From assembly GCF_030144855.1 (NCBI RefSeq), contig NC_082731.1, positions 21,886,001 to 21,950,000 on the forward strand: a stretch of 64,000 nt of DNA, in the 5' to 3' direction. The position numbers and the translations under genes were made by a program. A model generated the notes under the pieces. That model was not told the origin of the DNA. It worked only from the letters and a program-made list of their open reading frames with translations, and did no database searches. This document shows positions 11,691 through 25,224 of the stretch, piece by piece. The first letter of the stretch is position 1. Every line of letters starts with the position of its first letter. The DNA is from Hypanus sabinus. Lineage: Eukaryota.

Positions 11691-13261
11691 TTGTTTTGAA
11701 AATAAGATAAACAAAGGGTCTAGGAAGCAAGCTCTGAGGCTGGGCTTGATGAGCTGCAGAAGATTCACGTTGTGATAGTCTACTGGAAGAATGCGCAGAT
11801 TGAGTAATGAAGTCAAAAATCAAAGGTTGGTTAGATGTTCAGTACGTCGGGAAACTGTTAATTGCAGTATGCAGTCGTACTCGGCTTCAGCTGGCAGCTG
11901 GTGACCGTTGGATGATTCAGTACGAATATTGTCATAGCATTTATTTCAATAAGTACAGTCGAACACAGCATTAGACTCAATATGGTCAGTCTGGCGAATT
12001 ACACCGAGTTTTCGTATGTTGAATCGAAAGGTGTTCAAGTAAAGTCTGTTTTCCTTTCCGATTTAAACAATTTAAATAAAATATACTCCATATTTTCGTT
12101 TGCGTATTTCCGATACTCTTGCTACCACTTAGACTAGGTTACTAGTTGCAATTTAAAGTTATAACGTCTAATTCTGTCTTTCCGGGATACATTAGAGACG
12201 GAATAACAGAATCTCCTTGACTGACACATAAAAATATAACTTGTTTTGGAAAATGCTTCAGATTGTCTGGTGTTAATTCATATCAAAAGCAAATTATTTC
12301 CAAGAGAGAACGAAATAAAGTCGATTGATAGGGTTCTTCTCCACTGTTGACTCAGATGGTATCTGATGTATCTGAGGTAGATAATTTTATTGGGATGAAA
12401 TTCAGTATCGAAAAGTGATGCAATGAATAGGAGAAGCAGCAGAATGGCTCAGAATTGTGCTTCACGTGTATGTTATTATTCACACTCGACAGTAACAACT
12501 CGGAGGATAAATGAAATCGCCATATTTACTACTCCGATCAGTCCACCACTGACAATCATGCAGCATTATCATCCAAATAGACTTTCAGAGAAGACAGGTA
12601 TTAAATAGTGTCCAGTGTAAGGAAACGGAATAGAGTGTGCTTGGCCATTTTGTGTCACTAGAATACGATTTGGAGAAGTAAATAATCAATATTATAGGTG
12701 AGCCCTCCGCTGTGCTGTATCCGTAATTGGATAATTGGAGAGCACAATGGACAATGTAGAGCTGGTGGTGGTCAAATGTTCCAAGTCGCTGAATATTTTC
12801 AGAGTAATGAAGTCATATGATGGAGTTTATTCCATTACGTCATGATGTTTTTTTCAGACCAAATTTCACGACACCGAACAGAAAAATACTAACAGTCCTT
12901 CAAGGATTCACAATATACCAAATACGACAGTGTAGCGACAGTGTATCCCTGCCAACACTTTGCAATAAAATATAGTTGCTGAGTTTTGTTCTCTGCGTGT
13001 TCCTTATTTAAAAACAGTAAATGTATGTTTATTTCTCTTATATGTTCTGCATAAATGATACTATGTCTCTCCGATGTTGTTGCGAATAAGCTTTTTTTTT
13101 TCAAACCACAAATCCATGTACTTAAATTTACTTACAAAATATAGTTTTGTATTTTCATTCAGATAAATGAGTTTCATTACAATTTATTCACCAATCAATA
13201 GTAAAGCTTTCTTCAAAGAAGGAGAGAAAATGATCGTGATTTCCTCCAACAGAATACAATA

Positions 13262-16200
13262 TATAGAGACATAGAAATCCTTCAGCACAATACAGGCCAT
13301 TTGGCCCACAAAGTTGTGACGATCATGTTCCTACCTTAGAAATTATTAGGCTTAACTACAGCCCTCTATTTTACTAGGCTCCATCTACCTATCAAAATGT
13401 CTATTAAAAGACCCTATTCACCTCCACCACCGTTGCCGGCAGCCCATTCTGCGCACTCACCAATCAGAAGAGAAACTTACCCTTGATATCTCCTCTATGC
13501 CTACTCCCCAGCATGTCAAAACTCTTTTCCCTTGTGGCAGACATTTCAGTCCTGAGAAAAGCCTCTAACCATCCACACGATCAATGTATTTCATCTGTTG
13601 GATACCTCTGTCAGGTCATTTCTCAACCTCCTTCACTGCAAGGAGAAAACTCCGTGTTCACACAATCAATTCTCATAAGACATGCTTCCCAATCCAAAAA
13701 ATCTAAATCTCCTCTCTACCCTTTCTATGGCTTCTGCACCCTTCCTGTATTGAGGAGACCAGAACTGAGTACAGTACTCCAAGTGGTGTCTGACTGGGGT
13801 CCTATATAGCTGCAACATTACCAATCGCCTCCTAAATTCAATTCCACGATTGATGAAGTTCAATACACCATAGGCCTTCTTAAACACACAGTCAACCCGG
13901 GCAGCTGCTTATAGAATTCTATGGACTCGTACCACAAGATCACTATGATCCTCCACACATCATACAGTCTACCCATTAATACTATACTCTGCCTGTATAT
14001 TTCACCTAACAAAATGAACCATTGCATCGCCTTGGATTCATACCTCCTTACTTTTTCAATAAGTCTTGCATGGGGTGCGTTATTAAATGCCTTGCTCTAA
14101 TCCATATACCCTACAACCACTGCTCTTTCTTCATCAATGTGTTTAGTCACATTCTCAAAATAATCAAGTAGGCTCGTAAGGCACGATCTGCCCTTGAGAA
14201 AGCCATGTTGACTACTACTAAACATATTATACGTCTCTAAACATTCAGTAACCCTGCCGATCAGGATCTTCTCCATCATCTGACCGATCAGCAAGTTTAC
14301 ACTCACTGGTCTATAGTTTCTTGGGCTAACTCTACTCCCTTTCTTGAATAAAGGAACAACAAACGAAACACTCCAATCCTCCTGACTCTCTCCCGTCCAC
14401 AATGATGATGCAAAGATTATCGCTAGAATCTCAGCAATCTCCGCCCTCGGCTTCCATAATAGGCTGTGGTACATTTCGTATGGTCCCGGCGACTTATCCA
14501 ACTTGATGCTTTCCAGCATCTCCAGCACATCGTATTTCTTAATTTCTACATGCATAAGCTTTTCAGTCTGCTGCAAGTTATAAATACCATCACTAAGAAC
14601 CTTTTCCACAGAGAATACTGAATTAAAGTTTTCATTAAGTACCCCTGCTTCATACAGACTCTCTTACTGTCACACTTGATAGTTCGTTTTATCTCATGTC
14701 TTATCGGCTTGCTCTTCACATACTTGTCGATTTCCGTAATTCTGCCGGTAGGTCTACTCATGCCCATTTCTGGCTCTCCTAATTTCGCTCTTAAGCTCCG
14801 AACTATTAGCTGTATAATCTTCTAGACCTCCAATATTACCTATCTCTTTGAACATTTTGTAAGTTTTTCTTTTCTTCTTGACTAGATTTATTACAGCCTT
14901 TTTAAGCCACGGTTCCTGTAATTAACATCACTTCCCTGTCTCATTGGAACGTACCCATACAGAACTCTCCAGAAATATCCTTTAAATATTAGCCTCCAAT
15001 TTCCCACCTGATAGCTTCATAATTCCCCTTACACCAATTAAACTCTTTTATTTGTGCCTCCCTATCTCTCTCCAATGCTGTTGCAAAATTATAGAATTAT
15101 GACCGCTATCTCCAAAATGCTCTCACCGCTGAGAGACATGAAACCAGTCCAAGTTCATTTCCCAACAGCAAACCAAGTACAGCCTCTCCTGTAGTAGGGT
15201 CATCTACATATTGTGTTAAGAAACCTTGCTAAGCACATCTAACAAACTCTACCCCATCTAAACCCCTTGCTTCGGGGAGATGCCAGTCGATATCTGGGAA
15301 ATTAAAATCTCCCATCACGACAACTCTGTTATTATTACTGCTTTCCACGTTCTGTTATCTATCTGCTCATCGATATCCCTGTTACTATTAGGCGGCCTAT
15401 ATAAGAAAAAAACAGTAAAGTCAGTGACCCCTTCCTGTTCCTAACCTCTACACAGAGTCCTCCATGGCGTCCACCTTTTCTGCAGACGTAACACCATCTC
15501 TGATCAACAGTGCCACGTCCCCACCTCATATTCCTCCCTCCCTGTCCTTTGTGAAACATATAAAACCCGGCATCTGAATTAAACAATCACGTCCCTGAGC
15601 CATCCAAGTCTCTGTAATATCCACCACGTCATACCTTCGAGTCCACGCTCTAAGCTCACCAGCTTTGATCACAACAATCTTTGCATTAAATTAGGCAGAT
15701 CCCAAGCCTTCGTTCTGAGCGTTCCTTCTATATCAACTGCCTACCCGCCCTCTCGGATTGTCGACAAGCTTTCTTTACTTGTGAGCTAACCTCCTCTTCC
15801 GCAGTCTCTTCTGTTCTGTTCCTAGGGCCCAACAATTCCAGTTAGGCTCTCGCTAGTTGCCTTAGCAAGACACCCCTCCAGGATATTGACCGCCCGGTAT
15901 TCAAGTGTAACCCGTCCTTTTCGTGCAATTCACACATGCCCCAAAAGAGGTTCCATTTATCCAGAAATCTGAATCTCTGCTCCCTGCTCCAATCCGTCAG
16001 CCACGCATTTATCCTGCAACTCATTCTATTTCTATTCTCGCTGTCACATGGCACAGGTAGTAATCCCAAGATTACTACCTTTGCGGTTCTGCTGCTCAAC
16101 TTCCTTTCTAACTGCCTGTAGTCTTTTTTTCAGGTCCTCTTCCCTTTTCCTACCTATGTCATTGATACCAATATTTACACGACATCTGTCTGTTCTCCCT

Positions 16201-16780
16201 CCCAATGCGTGATAACTTGAATACGATCGGAAACGTCCCGGATCCTGGGGCCTGAGAGGGAAGCTACCATCCGAACTTTTTTCTTGAGTCCACAGAATTG
16301 CCTGTCTGACCCCAAAACTGTAGCGTCCCTTATCGCTACCGCCTTTCTTTTCCTCTCACTACCCTTCTGAGCCATAGGGCCTGTCTTTGTGCCACAGGCG
16401 TGTCCACTGTCGCTTCCCCAAGTACGCTGTCCCCACAACAGTACTCATTCAGTTGTACTTATTGTCAAGGTGTACAACCACAGGGGAACACTCTGGTAGC
16501 CGATTCTTCTACACGCCCTCCTACCTGTGACCCACTAGTCCATCCCCCTTGTCTCTGGTGTGGTCACCTGCCTGTAACTACTCTCTATCACCTCCTCGCT
16601 CTCCTTGACTAAGCGACTGCCATCGACTGCATCTTCAGTTCTCTAGCTCGGTCCCTGAAAAGCTGCAGCTCGATATACCTGGTACAGATGTTGTCGTGCG
16701 GGAGGATTGGAGACTCAAGGATCCCCCAACATCTGACGCCGAGCACATAAAACTGCCTAAGACCAACTTAGCTCCTAAGT
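13262..16780 (-). mobile_element. Near full-length decayed CR1 LINE (ORF1 with SGNH esterase, EN, RT, 3' end)
   Basis: ORF1: RDATVLGSDRQFCG...VASLSGPRIRDVSDR (16175-16438) and RTAKVVILGLLPVP...DGLHLN (15842-16099). EN: YRPP-like segment near 15390. RT: DKSPGPYEM...PLFKKG...NYRPVS...QHGFLKGRSCLTSL (14097-14609) and YCTQFWSP (13666-13887). Tail at about 13262. Confidence 0.9.
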
Positions 16781-17119
16781 GCTGAAAAAAACACACCGGA
16801 ATCATGAATTTGAATGGGAATGTAAATGTGTGCTCCGGTTTTTAATGTACCCAACAGATTGTGTTTACCCCAGACATGTGAAAACAGGTGGAAGTAGCTT
16901 AGTGGCCAAATTGCCACTTTGCCAAATTGCAAGATTCTTCAATATGCTTTGCCCGGTGTAGTTTTCCCTCTGCAGATAAACCATAAAGTGTTTAGCCTGT
17001 TTCTGTAGTTTTTTTTTTATTTTCAATTGTAGCTTCAGTGTCTTTTCAAATATTATAAAATTGAATGTTTCGTTACTTAATCATTCAGTTTAGGTCAGTG
17101 AAATTTTGCTGCGTGTTTG

Positions 17120-17700
17120 AGTCAATTTTGGTAGATGTTCGACGTAGATTGGGAGTCCGTTTCGCTGAGCGCCCGGTCTGCGTTGGCTAGAAGAAACAAA
17201 ATCACCCCGTTGCAAACCAGATTAATTTCACTCCAATTCCCATTCCAATATGTAAATCCATGTCCTCTTCTGTCGCATTGAGAGCTCAGGTTGGGGGAAC
17301 AACTCCTTCTATTCTGTCTGTGTGGCAACCATCTTCTAAGTATAACCATTGAATTACTGAACCCCTGGTAATACTCATCCCCTTACTCAACCGTTGTCCA
17401 ACCCTTTTTCGTCTTTCACCCCATGTCATCACATCTGTCTCTCTCACCGGTCACGTATATTTTCGCAAATCAATTTCCCAGCACTTTGCTTCATCACTCC
17501 CCCTGCTGGTTTCATGATCATCTTCTTTTTCTCTCTAAAACCCCCTCCCCACTTTTTAATTATGAATTACATCTGTTTTTTTTTTTTGCTTTCCCCTGCC
17601 CTACCGAAGCTCCTCGGCCCGAAACCGTCGACTGTAGTTGTTTCTGACATGCGATTCGTCACTGCAGATGAATGGTGGAAAGACACATTCTCTCAGATGG
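17120..17700 (+). mobile_element. Penelope-like element relic (GIY-YIG C-terminus plus pseudo-LTR, decayed hammerhead)
   Basis: Decayed RRRLG.RFAE, VANHFNS and EEQ.L.F.LG...P motifs. The terminal segment cctaccgaagctcctcggcccgaaaccgtcgac at about 17620-17650 has lost the CUGANGA core. Confidence 0.7.
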
Positions 17701-18639
17701 CGCAAAAGCTTGAGACAAGCATTCTGTCATCCTGATCCTTCTAGAAGCTAATGGTTTGTGAAGCCCATCAACGTGTGTGAGAAATCGAGGTTTATCTTAT
17801 AGCCAAGTCATTGTGTTTTGCTATATATCAGAACCCGAGTCTCTGATATGGCAGCCTACGTGTTAATATTTGAACCCCTCTGGCATGGTAGCGGCCTGTC
17901 CCCGTTTTCCATAGAACATGTCTGACTCGCACCATGTTTTGGATATATTAATTACAGTTTATTAACATGGATAGGTTAGTGTGTGGTATCGGACTCCAGG
18001 ATATCGTCCTCTATCATCAGAGTAATCATAATCGTAAAACTTTCAGATATGGTTTTCACAAATTACTTCCACATAACAGACATACCAATTCCTTGAACCT
18101 GTAATAGTTTTTGCTAAAGGGTGATGTGGAAACGTTGCAAGACCCAATCATTTTTTTGATGTACTGAACGTACTAACATTTGAGAAGATGGTAAGGTCTG
18201 CAATATCATCGGTCTGCATTTCACAAAATCACCATATGAATTTAAAAAAATCGTATGTTGTTCAGTAAACCACCCTGGCTCAAAAACTAGTCAACAATAT
18301 TTTTTCAGCTCGACGAAAATGCAAGCATATTTCCACTCCGAGATGAAATGTGACACAATATTTGTAGCCGGAGGGAAGAGTTATACTGTACTATAGTACA
18401 TTGGTTTTAAACTCAGTTGCATAACTTGCATGTGCAACATTGCTATGAGGTGTCTTTCAGTTTCTCAGTCATATACAGTATGTTCGAGCAGCTGATTTCA
18501 TACATGATCCTGACACATTATGTTGGACCTTTAGACCAGCTTCACAAATGGACAAGCCGTGCTTTCTGACCTGTCATCAATAATTACTCGTTTTAGTAAT
18601 TTGAGGCCTCTGTGCTTCAAAGTCCTTTCACATATTTTT

Positions 18640-19240
18640 TTAAATATGTGACTGAACTCCTTCACTTGAGACCACTCAAATTCATGTGTTCTGGACATCC
18701 CCGCGGCTAGCTAAATTTTGGAAAGAAGTATTTCAAACATTCTGGCAGCTTTTTAAAGTAAATTTTAAACTCAAACCTATGACTGCCTTGTTTGGCATTG
18801 TGGGAGGAAATGATTTTAATCTTAAGCCGAATGATTTGCATACGTTGGCGTTTATTTCTCCTTTAGCCAGAAGAGTTCCCTTGCTTAAATGGGAATATGC
18901 CCATCCGCCTACTCATGCCCATTCTTTGAGTGGTGTTATGTCCTGTTTAAATTCAGAGAAGATTAGGCGTTCTTTTTTGTACCTGGACAAGATTTTTTAA
19001 CATTATGGGTTCCTTCTTGGAACTACTTACACATTTTTTAAATTGTTCCGCAACGATGATAGCTATTATATGTTTGAATTTACGACTATGTTCAGGATTT
19101 TTTTTTTCTTTGGACCAAACAGCGTATGTTTCCTCTTTTTTTGTTATGGGGTGTTGATTTTAAATTTGATTAGAATAAAATTTATCTCTTCAATATTACT
19201 TTTAATTTGCTATGTAGAGATATTTCAGCTTTGCTTCTGT
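18640..19240 (+). mobile_element. L1/Tx1-clade LINE ORF2 C-terminus and AT-rich 3' region
   Basis: ORF 18686-19000 FWTSPRLAKFWKEVFQ...ALFG...LARR..LLKW matches the post-zinc-knuckle H.FW.CP.L..FW motif of fish L1-like ORF2. Confidence 0.75.
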
Positions 19241-19255
19241 TTTCATAGTATCATA

Positions 19256-20050
19256 GTCTGTCTGCACTCCGTCCCACTTCAAGGAATCATGGACGCGATC
19301 AGAAACATACCGGACCCTGGCCCTCGGAGGCAAACGACAATCCTGCATCTACTGATCGCCTGTCCTACTCCCTAACTATAGAGTATCATATCACTGCTGC
19401 CATCCTCTTCCTTTCCCTACACTTCTGAGCCACAGGGCCAGACTCTGTGCCAGAGGCGCGGCAACTGTTCCTTCCCCCAGATAGACCGTCTCTTCCAACA
19501 GACATTAAGCTGGAATATTTATTGATAAAGGGGATAGCCACTGGATTATTCGCTTGTATCTGCCTCGCCCCTCCCTCTCCTTACAGATATGCACTTACCT
19601 TTCTCCCGAGTCCTGAGTGAGACTAACTTGCTATCGCTCTTCTCTAACGAATCTCACTCTCCCTGACCAGACGAAGTTCATCAAGCTGCATCTCCAGTTC
19701 CCAAACTCGGTGCATAAGGAGCTGTAGTTCAATGTATCTGGCGTAGGTATGGGCGTCCGGGAGGTTGGACGTCTACCAGACTTCCCACATTTGAGTCCAA
19801 GCACAGAACACCGGCCTCAAAAACATACTTCCTGTCTCTATTCGACACAGCTAACCTCGCCTCCAACCGTTATCGCCGAAGCCTCTTTCTGACAAAGCCT
19901 TCTGTCTCCCTCTACTGCATCGTTCCTACGCCAGCTCTATGAATCTGCCTTCTGTTTAAACACTTCTCGCTGTTGTCAACAGCTAATGTTCATGAACTTG
20001 CTCAGTCATGCACCAATCAAACCACTGAAGAAATAAGCATCTCCTTTTAA
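19256..20050 (-). mobile_element. CR1 5' fragment (5' UTR and ORF1)
   Basis: Minus strand gives a decayed VCLPGARV-like esterase motif near 19310-19350 and a CC zinc-finger/coiled-coil start near 19680-19800. Similar to 16400-16780. Confidence 0.7.
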
Positions 20051-21759
20051 ATTCTTCTCCTCAACTTCACCCAACTCGCTGTATTGTCTATATGCTCGAA
20101 ATGTAGTACAGATTAAAAAAGTTCGATGAATATTACTTTCTCCACTGCCGTCCAGACAAGGCACTTGAACTGATGGTTTGTTCATTTCTTCATTTCTGGC
20201 TGAGCTTCCATCATCAGAAAATCTGGTGTGTTATACATCTCCAGAATTGTTATTGATACCTAAATGATCATTGACAGTGTATTTGATTCCCCGGCAGCCA
20301 ATGTCCTGATAGCCACAACGATCATTCTGTATTTCTTTCTAGCAATTCCAATGGCATTTGCGTATCTATCGTTGGCAGAATCAAATTTAATGTCCGAAAT
20401 AATTTCGAAAATTACACTGAATTAATTAACTAATGCTAGAGTGATTGCACTACGTTGCTTTCTGAATTCAATGCATGCAACTCCAATCACATGTCAGAAT
20501 ATAAATTTCATCACTATCTTTCATGTTCTTTGGAGCCTCCAACTCACTAATTTTTAATTCACATACAATGATCGAAGTACAGTTTTGTCCTTAGGTTTTG
20601 AATGTAGAACCATCAGAAGCTCTCAATTTGGAACAATATAAATGAACAATTATTGCATTAAAATGTACATTTTCTACGTGGCATCGCTCTCTCAGTCACT
20701 TCCTATTTCTCTCTCTCTCTCTATCTACCTCTCTATCCATCTGTAAAACTGTCTGTCTTTTATATACGGAAGAATTTAGAATTCCCTTATCGGCCTTCTT
20801 CCAGGAAGTTTATTTGCATGATATGATTTCTGAAATAATAAACAACTTTATAGTTTGATACCTTATTTAAGGATTCTAGTTTAACACACGTTTGACAACA
20901 TTTGGGAAAAGTCTGTCAAAAAAAGATAACAACGGAATTCATATTTTCACAGAATTATTCTAATCTCCTGAATGTGTCTGTATCGTCGTGTGGCACACTT
21001 TGCAGACGTGTTCGTCCTCGAGCAGTGTGTGGGAGCTAATGGGATCCTACATATAAAAAAATATTGTAATTTAGGAAGGAAATTTCTTCGGACAATTATT
21101 CAGATTTAATATGTCAATAATAATAGAATCTCCAGAAGCATCGCTAGTCTGTTCCTTAATGCTCAAAGTAACTGGGAAGTGTTGGTGTATCAATGTTTTT
21201 CGTTTCCAATTGGCCAATCTGCTCGCTATTCCAAATATTGTTTAGCTCTCAGCACAGTGTGTTTTAATCTGGGACTCGATTCTCTTACACGGAGCCTTGT
21301 TAAAGGCAATCTGAAAATTAAACTGTGCCACAGGTATCCGTACCCGGATCATTCTAGCCTTACAGGGAACATTAGTAATTTTGGTAAACTTATCAAAGAC
21401 GAGAGTCCATGTTACTTGTTGCTAGTTGTTCTCTCAATTTACCAGAAACAAACGAATTGCTGAAGAGCTTGCGGGTTTCACCGTAACCCGAGCAATCGTT
21501 GCCAACAACAACCCTCTCAGCCCCCTGCTAGATCTGGTCACGGTTTCCAAGTTGCACTACTTAATCCAATTATCAGTACTGCAGTTGGATTAAACTGTTG
21601 CTGTCAACTCCAGTTATTAAAATGTCCTCTCACCTCGCTCTCTATCTCTTTGGAAATACAGTATTGATAATTAGTGCGATCCGAATCGTCCACGTTACAC
21701 GAATTGCTTTACATGCTCTGTTGCCCATCATTCTGTATTTTTTTGTTTCTCTACAGACT

Positions 21760-22494
21760 CTAGCATCTGCGGATGCAGGATGACTTGGATAACTTGTAAC
21801 AATGCACACAAACCCGGCTAATGCACGAGAGTGTTGGAAAATGTCTGATAATGCATTTTGGTAACAGGAACAATAGTACAGACTATTATACAAATCGGGG
21901 AATTTTCAACCATCAGACGTGCAGAGAGAAGTAGGAGTCCTCGTGCAAGACGTTCAGAAGGACAATTCACTAGTCCATTCTAGGGTAAAGAAAACAACTA
22001 CAATGCATTCATCTTTACTAGGATGTTACCTGGGTTTCAGCAATTAAGTTACAGAGAACGGTTGAACAAGTTAAGTCTCCATTCATTGGAGCGTAGTAGG
22101 TTGAGGGGGGATTTGATCGAGGTATTTAAAATTTTGAGAGGGATAGATAGAGTTGACGTGAACAGGCTGTTTCCATTGAGAGTAAGGGAGATTCAAACTA
22201 GAGGACATGATTTGAGAGTTAGTGGGCAGAAGTTTAAGGGAAACACGAGGGGGTATTTCTTTACTCAAAGAATGATAGTTGTGTGGAATAAGCTTCCTGC
22301 AGAAGTAGTAGAGGCCAGTTCAGTTGTGTCATTTAAGGTAAAATTGGATAGGTATATGGACAGGAAAGGAGTGGAGGGTTATGGGCTGAGTGCGGGTAGG
22401 TGGGGCTAGGTGAGATTAAGGGTTCGGCACGGACTAGGAGGGCCAAGATGGCCTGTTTCCGTGCTGTGATTGTTATATGGTTATATGGTTATAT
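21760..22494 (+). mobile_element. Old CR1 RT fragment (about 21760-22020) followed by a young CR1 3' end (22020-22494)
   Basis: Open ORF 22023-22409 MLPGFQQLSYRERL...LRGDLIEVFKI...FFTQRMIVVWNKLP; tail (GGTTATAT)n at 22471-22494. The upstream part has KCLIMHFG-like decayed RT. Confidence 0.9.
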
Positions 22495-22649
22495 TTCAAG
22501 CTGAATAAATCATAAAAGCACATAGAAAATATTGACCATTTATTGGACATGCGTGTGAGAGAAGAGCATAGGAATAAAAATATCGGACAGAACCTGGTCA
22601 AAGAGGCAGGAAGTCACTGTGGAAGTTGTTCAAACACAACGCATTGAGT

Positions 22650-23020
22650 TTTTTTTTATTCCACATCCGATCATTTGGAATGTTTACCCTGGCTATCTGT
22701 AATAGTATGAATGCTTTCGTTACCTGTGAAACAGGTCTGACCGTTGCCCATTACGTTACTCAGTTGAAGTCCGTCCTCCCTCAGACCGATGATGGAAACA
22801 TCATATTTATCTGCAGTTTGTTTGATACCTACCATATAAATGTTGCTATGTACGCAGGCGGGCAGACTGAGTTTGCTGCGCAGATTGAAAAAAAGAAGTA
22901 AAAGCAGATTTCGTTAAAGACATTTTTTCCTCTCTTTTTAGGTAAACCAGAGTTCCCTAAATAATCACCAATAGGTCTGAAGAAGTAGTCTGACGCGGCA
23001 CTGTATTAGTCTGCTGATAC
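22650..23020 (+). pseudogene. TCR V pseudogene (V exon from 22735)
   Basis: Leader-like end GCTATCT|GTAATA (22699); acceptor aaacAG at 22733-22734. Exon reads LTVAHYVTQLKSVLPQTDDGNIIFICS...GGQTEFAAQI...VNQSSL.IIT...SDAALY*. W41 lost, stops present, RSS not recognisable. Confidence 0.65.
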
Positions 23021-23956
23021 ACTTACTGTGAGAGAAACCGACAAAATACTCATACATGAAAAACCGCTTGATCTTATAGCGCAGCTGCACTCTGATGCGG
23101 GATGATTAATGCAACTTCTCAGTTGGTTGCATGGGTATACAATGGCTGAGACAGCAGACCAGATCCAAAACCACAGGCTCATCAAATAAAACGGTTCACA
23201 GAGAATCAGGAAGCAGCCTGATTAGCTGAGTGCCTGTGTGAGAGTAGACTGACTGTCCTCTCGTTTTTGTAACTCAGGAAGTGCTCCTCTTCCATTCAGA
23301 ATAGATTTAAACGCAGGTGCCCACAACCGTTGTTCTACGATGTTGACATTTCAGCTGGAGTTAAATCATCACGAGCCTTTGGAACACTAAATAAGAACTA
23401 TGTTGCTGGGAAAGGGTTTTCAACGCTTTGACAGGATTTCAGAACCGTTGTCGAAATTTAGTCCTCCCATATTAAAATTATGGGGTTGTCTTCCACGTAG
23501 GGATATGCTCTTCTATTGTTCTTTTCCTTTCCTTCTTCTTCTGTTGTGATAATGTCTTCATTTCTCCGAGCTGTGAATTAATGTATGCTAGTGATGGGTA
23601 CATCTTATCAAGACTGCATATGCTTGCATGGCGTGTTAATATTTTTTTTCCCTTGATGAAACATATCCTTATGTCTTATATAACTGTTCGCTAATTTCTT
23701 ATATCGATTATTCTTCTCTCCATAATATACCCGGAAGTAGTAATAATCCATGTGATTCGGATGTGTAGAAATAAATTCTTTTTTTAAAAAATTATCTTTG
23801 TAAATATTCCAGAATGATTTTGGCACACGATATAATGTCAAAAAACTACATTAGTATCGATATAGTAAATAAGTTATTTAATGTTCGTAAAATATCAGTA
23901 AGGAAACCATGTCTCCACGAGCCCACCCCCACCAAAATCTAAGCAAACATTGTCAT

Positions 23957-24152
23957 GCAGTAGATCATCCGCCCTCGAAGTTCCAAGGCAGGATATAATT
24001 TACTTGCAACAGCAGGGGGTCCGTGGTACGGCAGAAGTTTGGCAAACCTGAAACGTGGACTAAACTTTTACAAAAGGTTTAATGAGTGATAACCAAACCA
24101 TGGATAGATATACCTAAAGTCATCAACAGCAGGGACAATCTGTGCGACCTTG
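23957..24152 (+). pseudogene. Possible internally deleted V relic
   Basis: AVDHPPSKFQGRI*FTCN, then TGGTAC-GGCAGAAGTTTGGCAAACCT (WYRQKFGKP with a 1-nt loss), RFN..., and ending ICATL. Too short; no RSS. Confidence 0.3.
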
Positions 24153-24989
24153 CAACAATCTATTAAATAATCTATGTAAATGTTTCACGTCAGGGACGCT
24201 CAGTCAGTCTCTGGATAAATGCATCGTAACAGCTTCTCCTTCTGCCCCATGAGTAGCTCTACCAGTGGAATATTTCGCTTTTTGCAACCTCACACCACCA
24301 AAGAGAGTAGAACAATTTTTATGCTGGCGTATTTTAACGAAATCTGGCTTAAACTAATTGTATGTTTTTTTTTTCAGAAGTTAAAGTGCTTTACGTTTAA
24401 TTTTCTTTCCCAAATATTTCTGAATCTAATCTGTCCATTTTCGTAATCTGGTAGAACATTCTGACCGATATTGGCAATCAGCCTAGTTTCTGTTGAATTA
24501 GACTACAGGGAAAATTGTCTTTTTTTTCATGCATTTAAACAAATTCGAAAAAAAAATGTCTCTACTACAAAGCGGCGTCATTGAAGTATTTTAAATCCGA
24601 CGAGTTTGCCTGACGTACGAACGGTGTGTTAGTAGGAAAATAAATTCAAATAGATGCATCAAAACATCCGAACAATATTTGTATTTTTTTAAAAAAGAGC
24701 AATGTAGCAATCAAGGAACAATGAATACAATCAATCATGCGACGAAGCAAATCTTACCAAGATGGTAAGTTAGCTAAAAGCATGGTCTAAGTGCATGGAC
24801 TGGTCGAATGGCGGAAGTGCATGATTTTAAAGTAAAGAAGAATATAGGCGCTGTAATCTGCAGCATCTCCTCTATCAGCGTACTTGTCCCACTGGCTCAT
24901 TTTCACCATTGCTTTTAACCCTGGTGTACACTATTATCTCCCTCTGCTGGAATATGTCTGTCCACCGATAATGCAAAAAGAAATAATTT

Positions 24990-25224
24990 TCTATTACCCA
25001 GTACATCCCGAATTTCCTGCTTGAGGATGACATGTAGCAGCTGGTGTAATCGCGCTGCCAGATGTCATCTAGCACGCATGCGCATCTCTGAAGCAACGAC
25101 AGTCGGATCAGAAAATATAACTGGCAGCTTTGGCTGATGGTAAAAGTACAATGGGGATAATAACGCATTTACTGCTGTTGTTGCTGCACAGTGAGTATGA
25201 CGAAACATTTTGAAATCTTTGCAC
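24990..25224 (-). pseudogene. Possible V relic
   Basis: Acceptor ctcgcAG at 25226-25225; segments LTVQ..HCTFTISQS..LYF and LYFYHQP in overlapping frames; end KQE/FGMYW. Frame assignment is ambiguous. Confidence 0.22.

Noticed and set aside
12340-12580. Plus-strand LLTQ...FTL...IYYS followed by CACTGAC
   Set aside because: Only about 190 nt, Cys and Trp absent, no nonamer.
20270-20560. Minus-strand ILTCDW...IRTLAAGESNT pattern
   Set aside because: Requires several assumed substitutions; no splice site or RSS support.
21200-21300. CACAGTG at 21253-21259 with a YCLALS-like upstream frame and a J-like IFGIASRL on the minus strand
   Set aside because: No nonamer at 12 or 23 bp, no FGxG, an in-frame stop and no donor.
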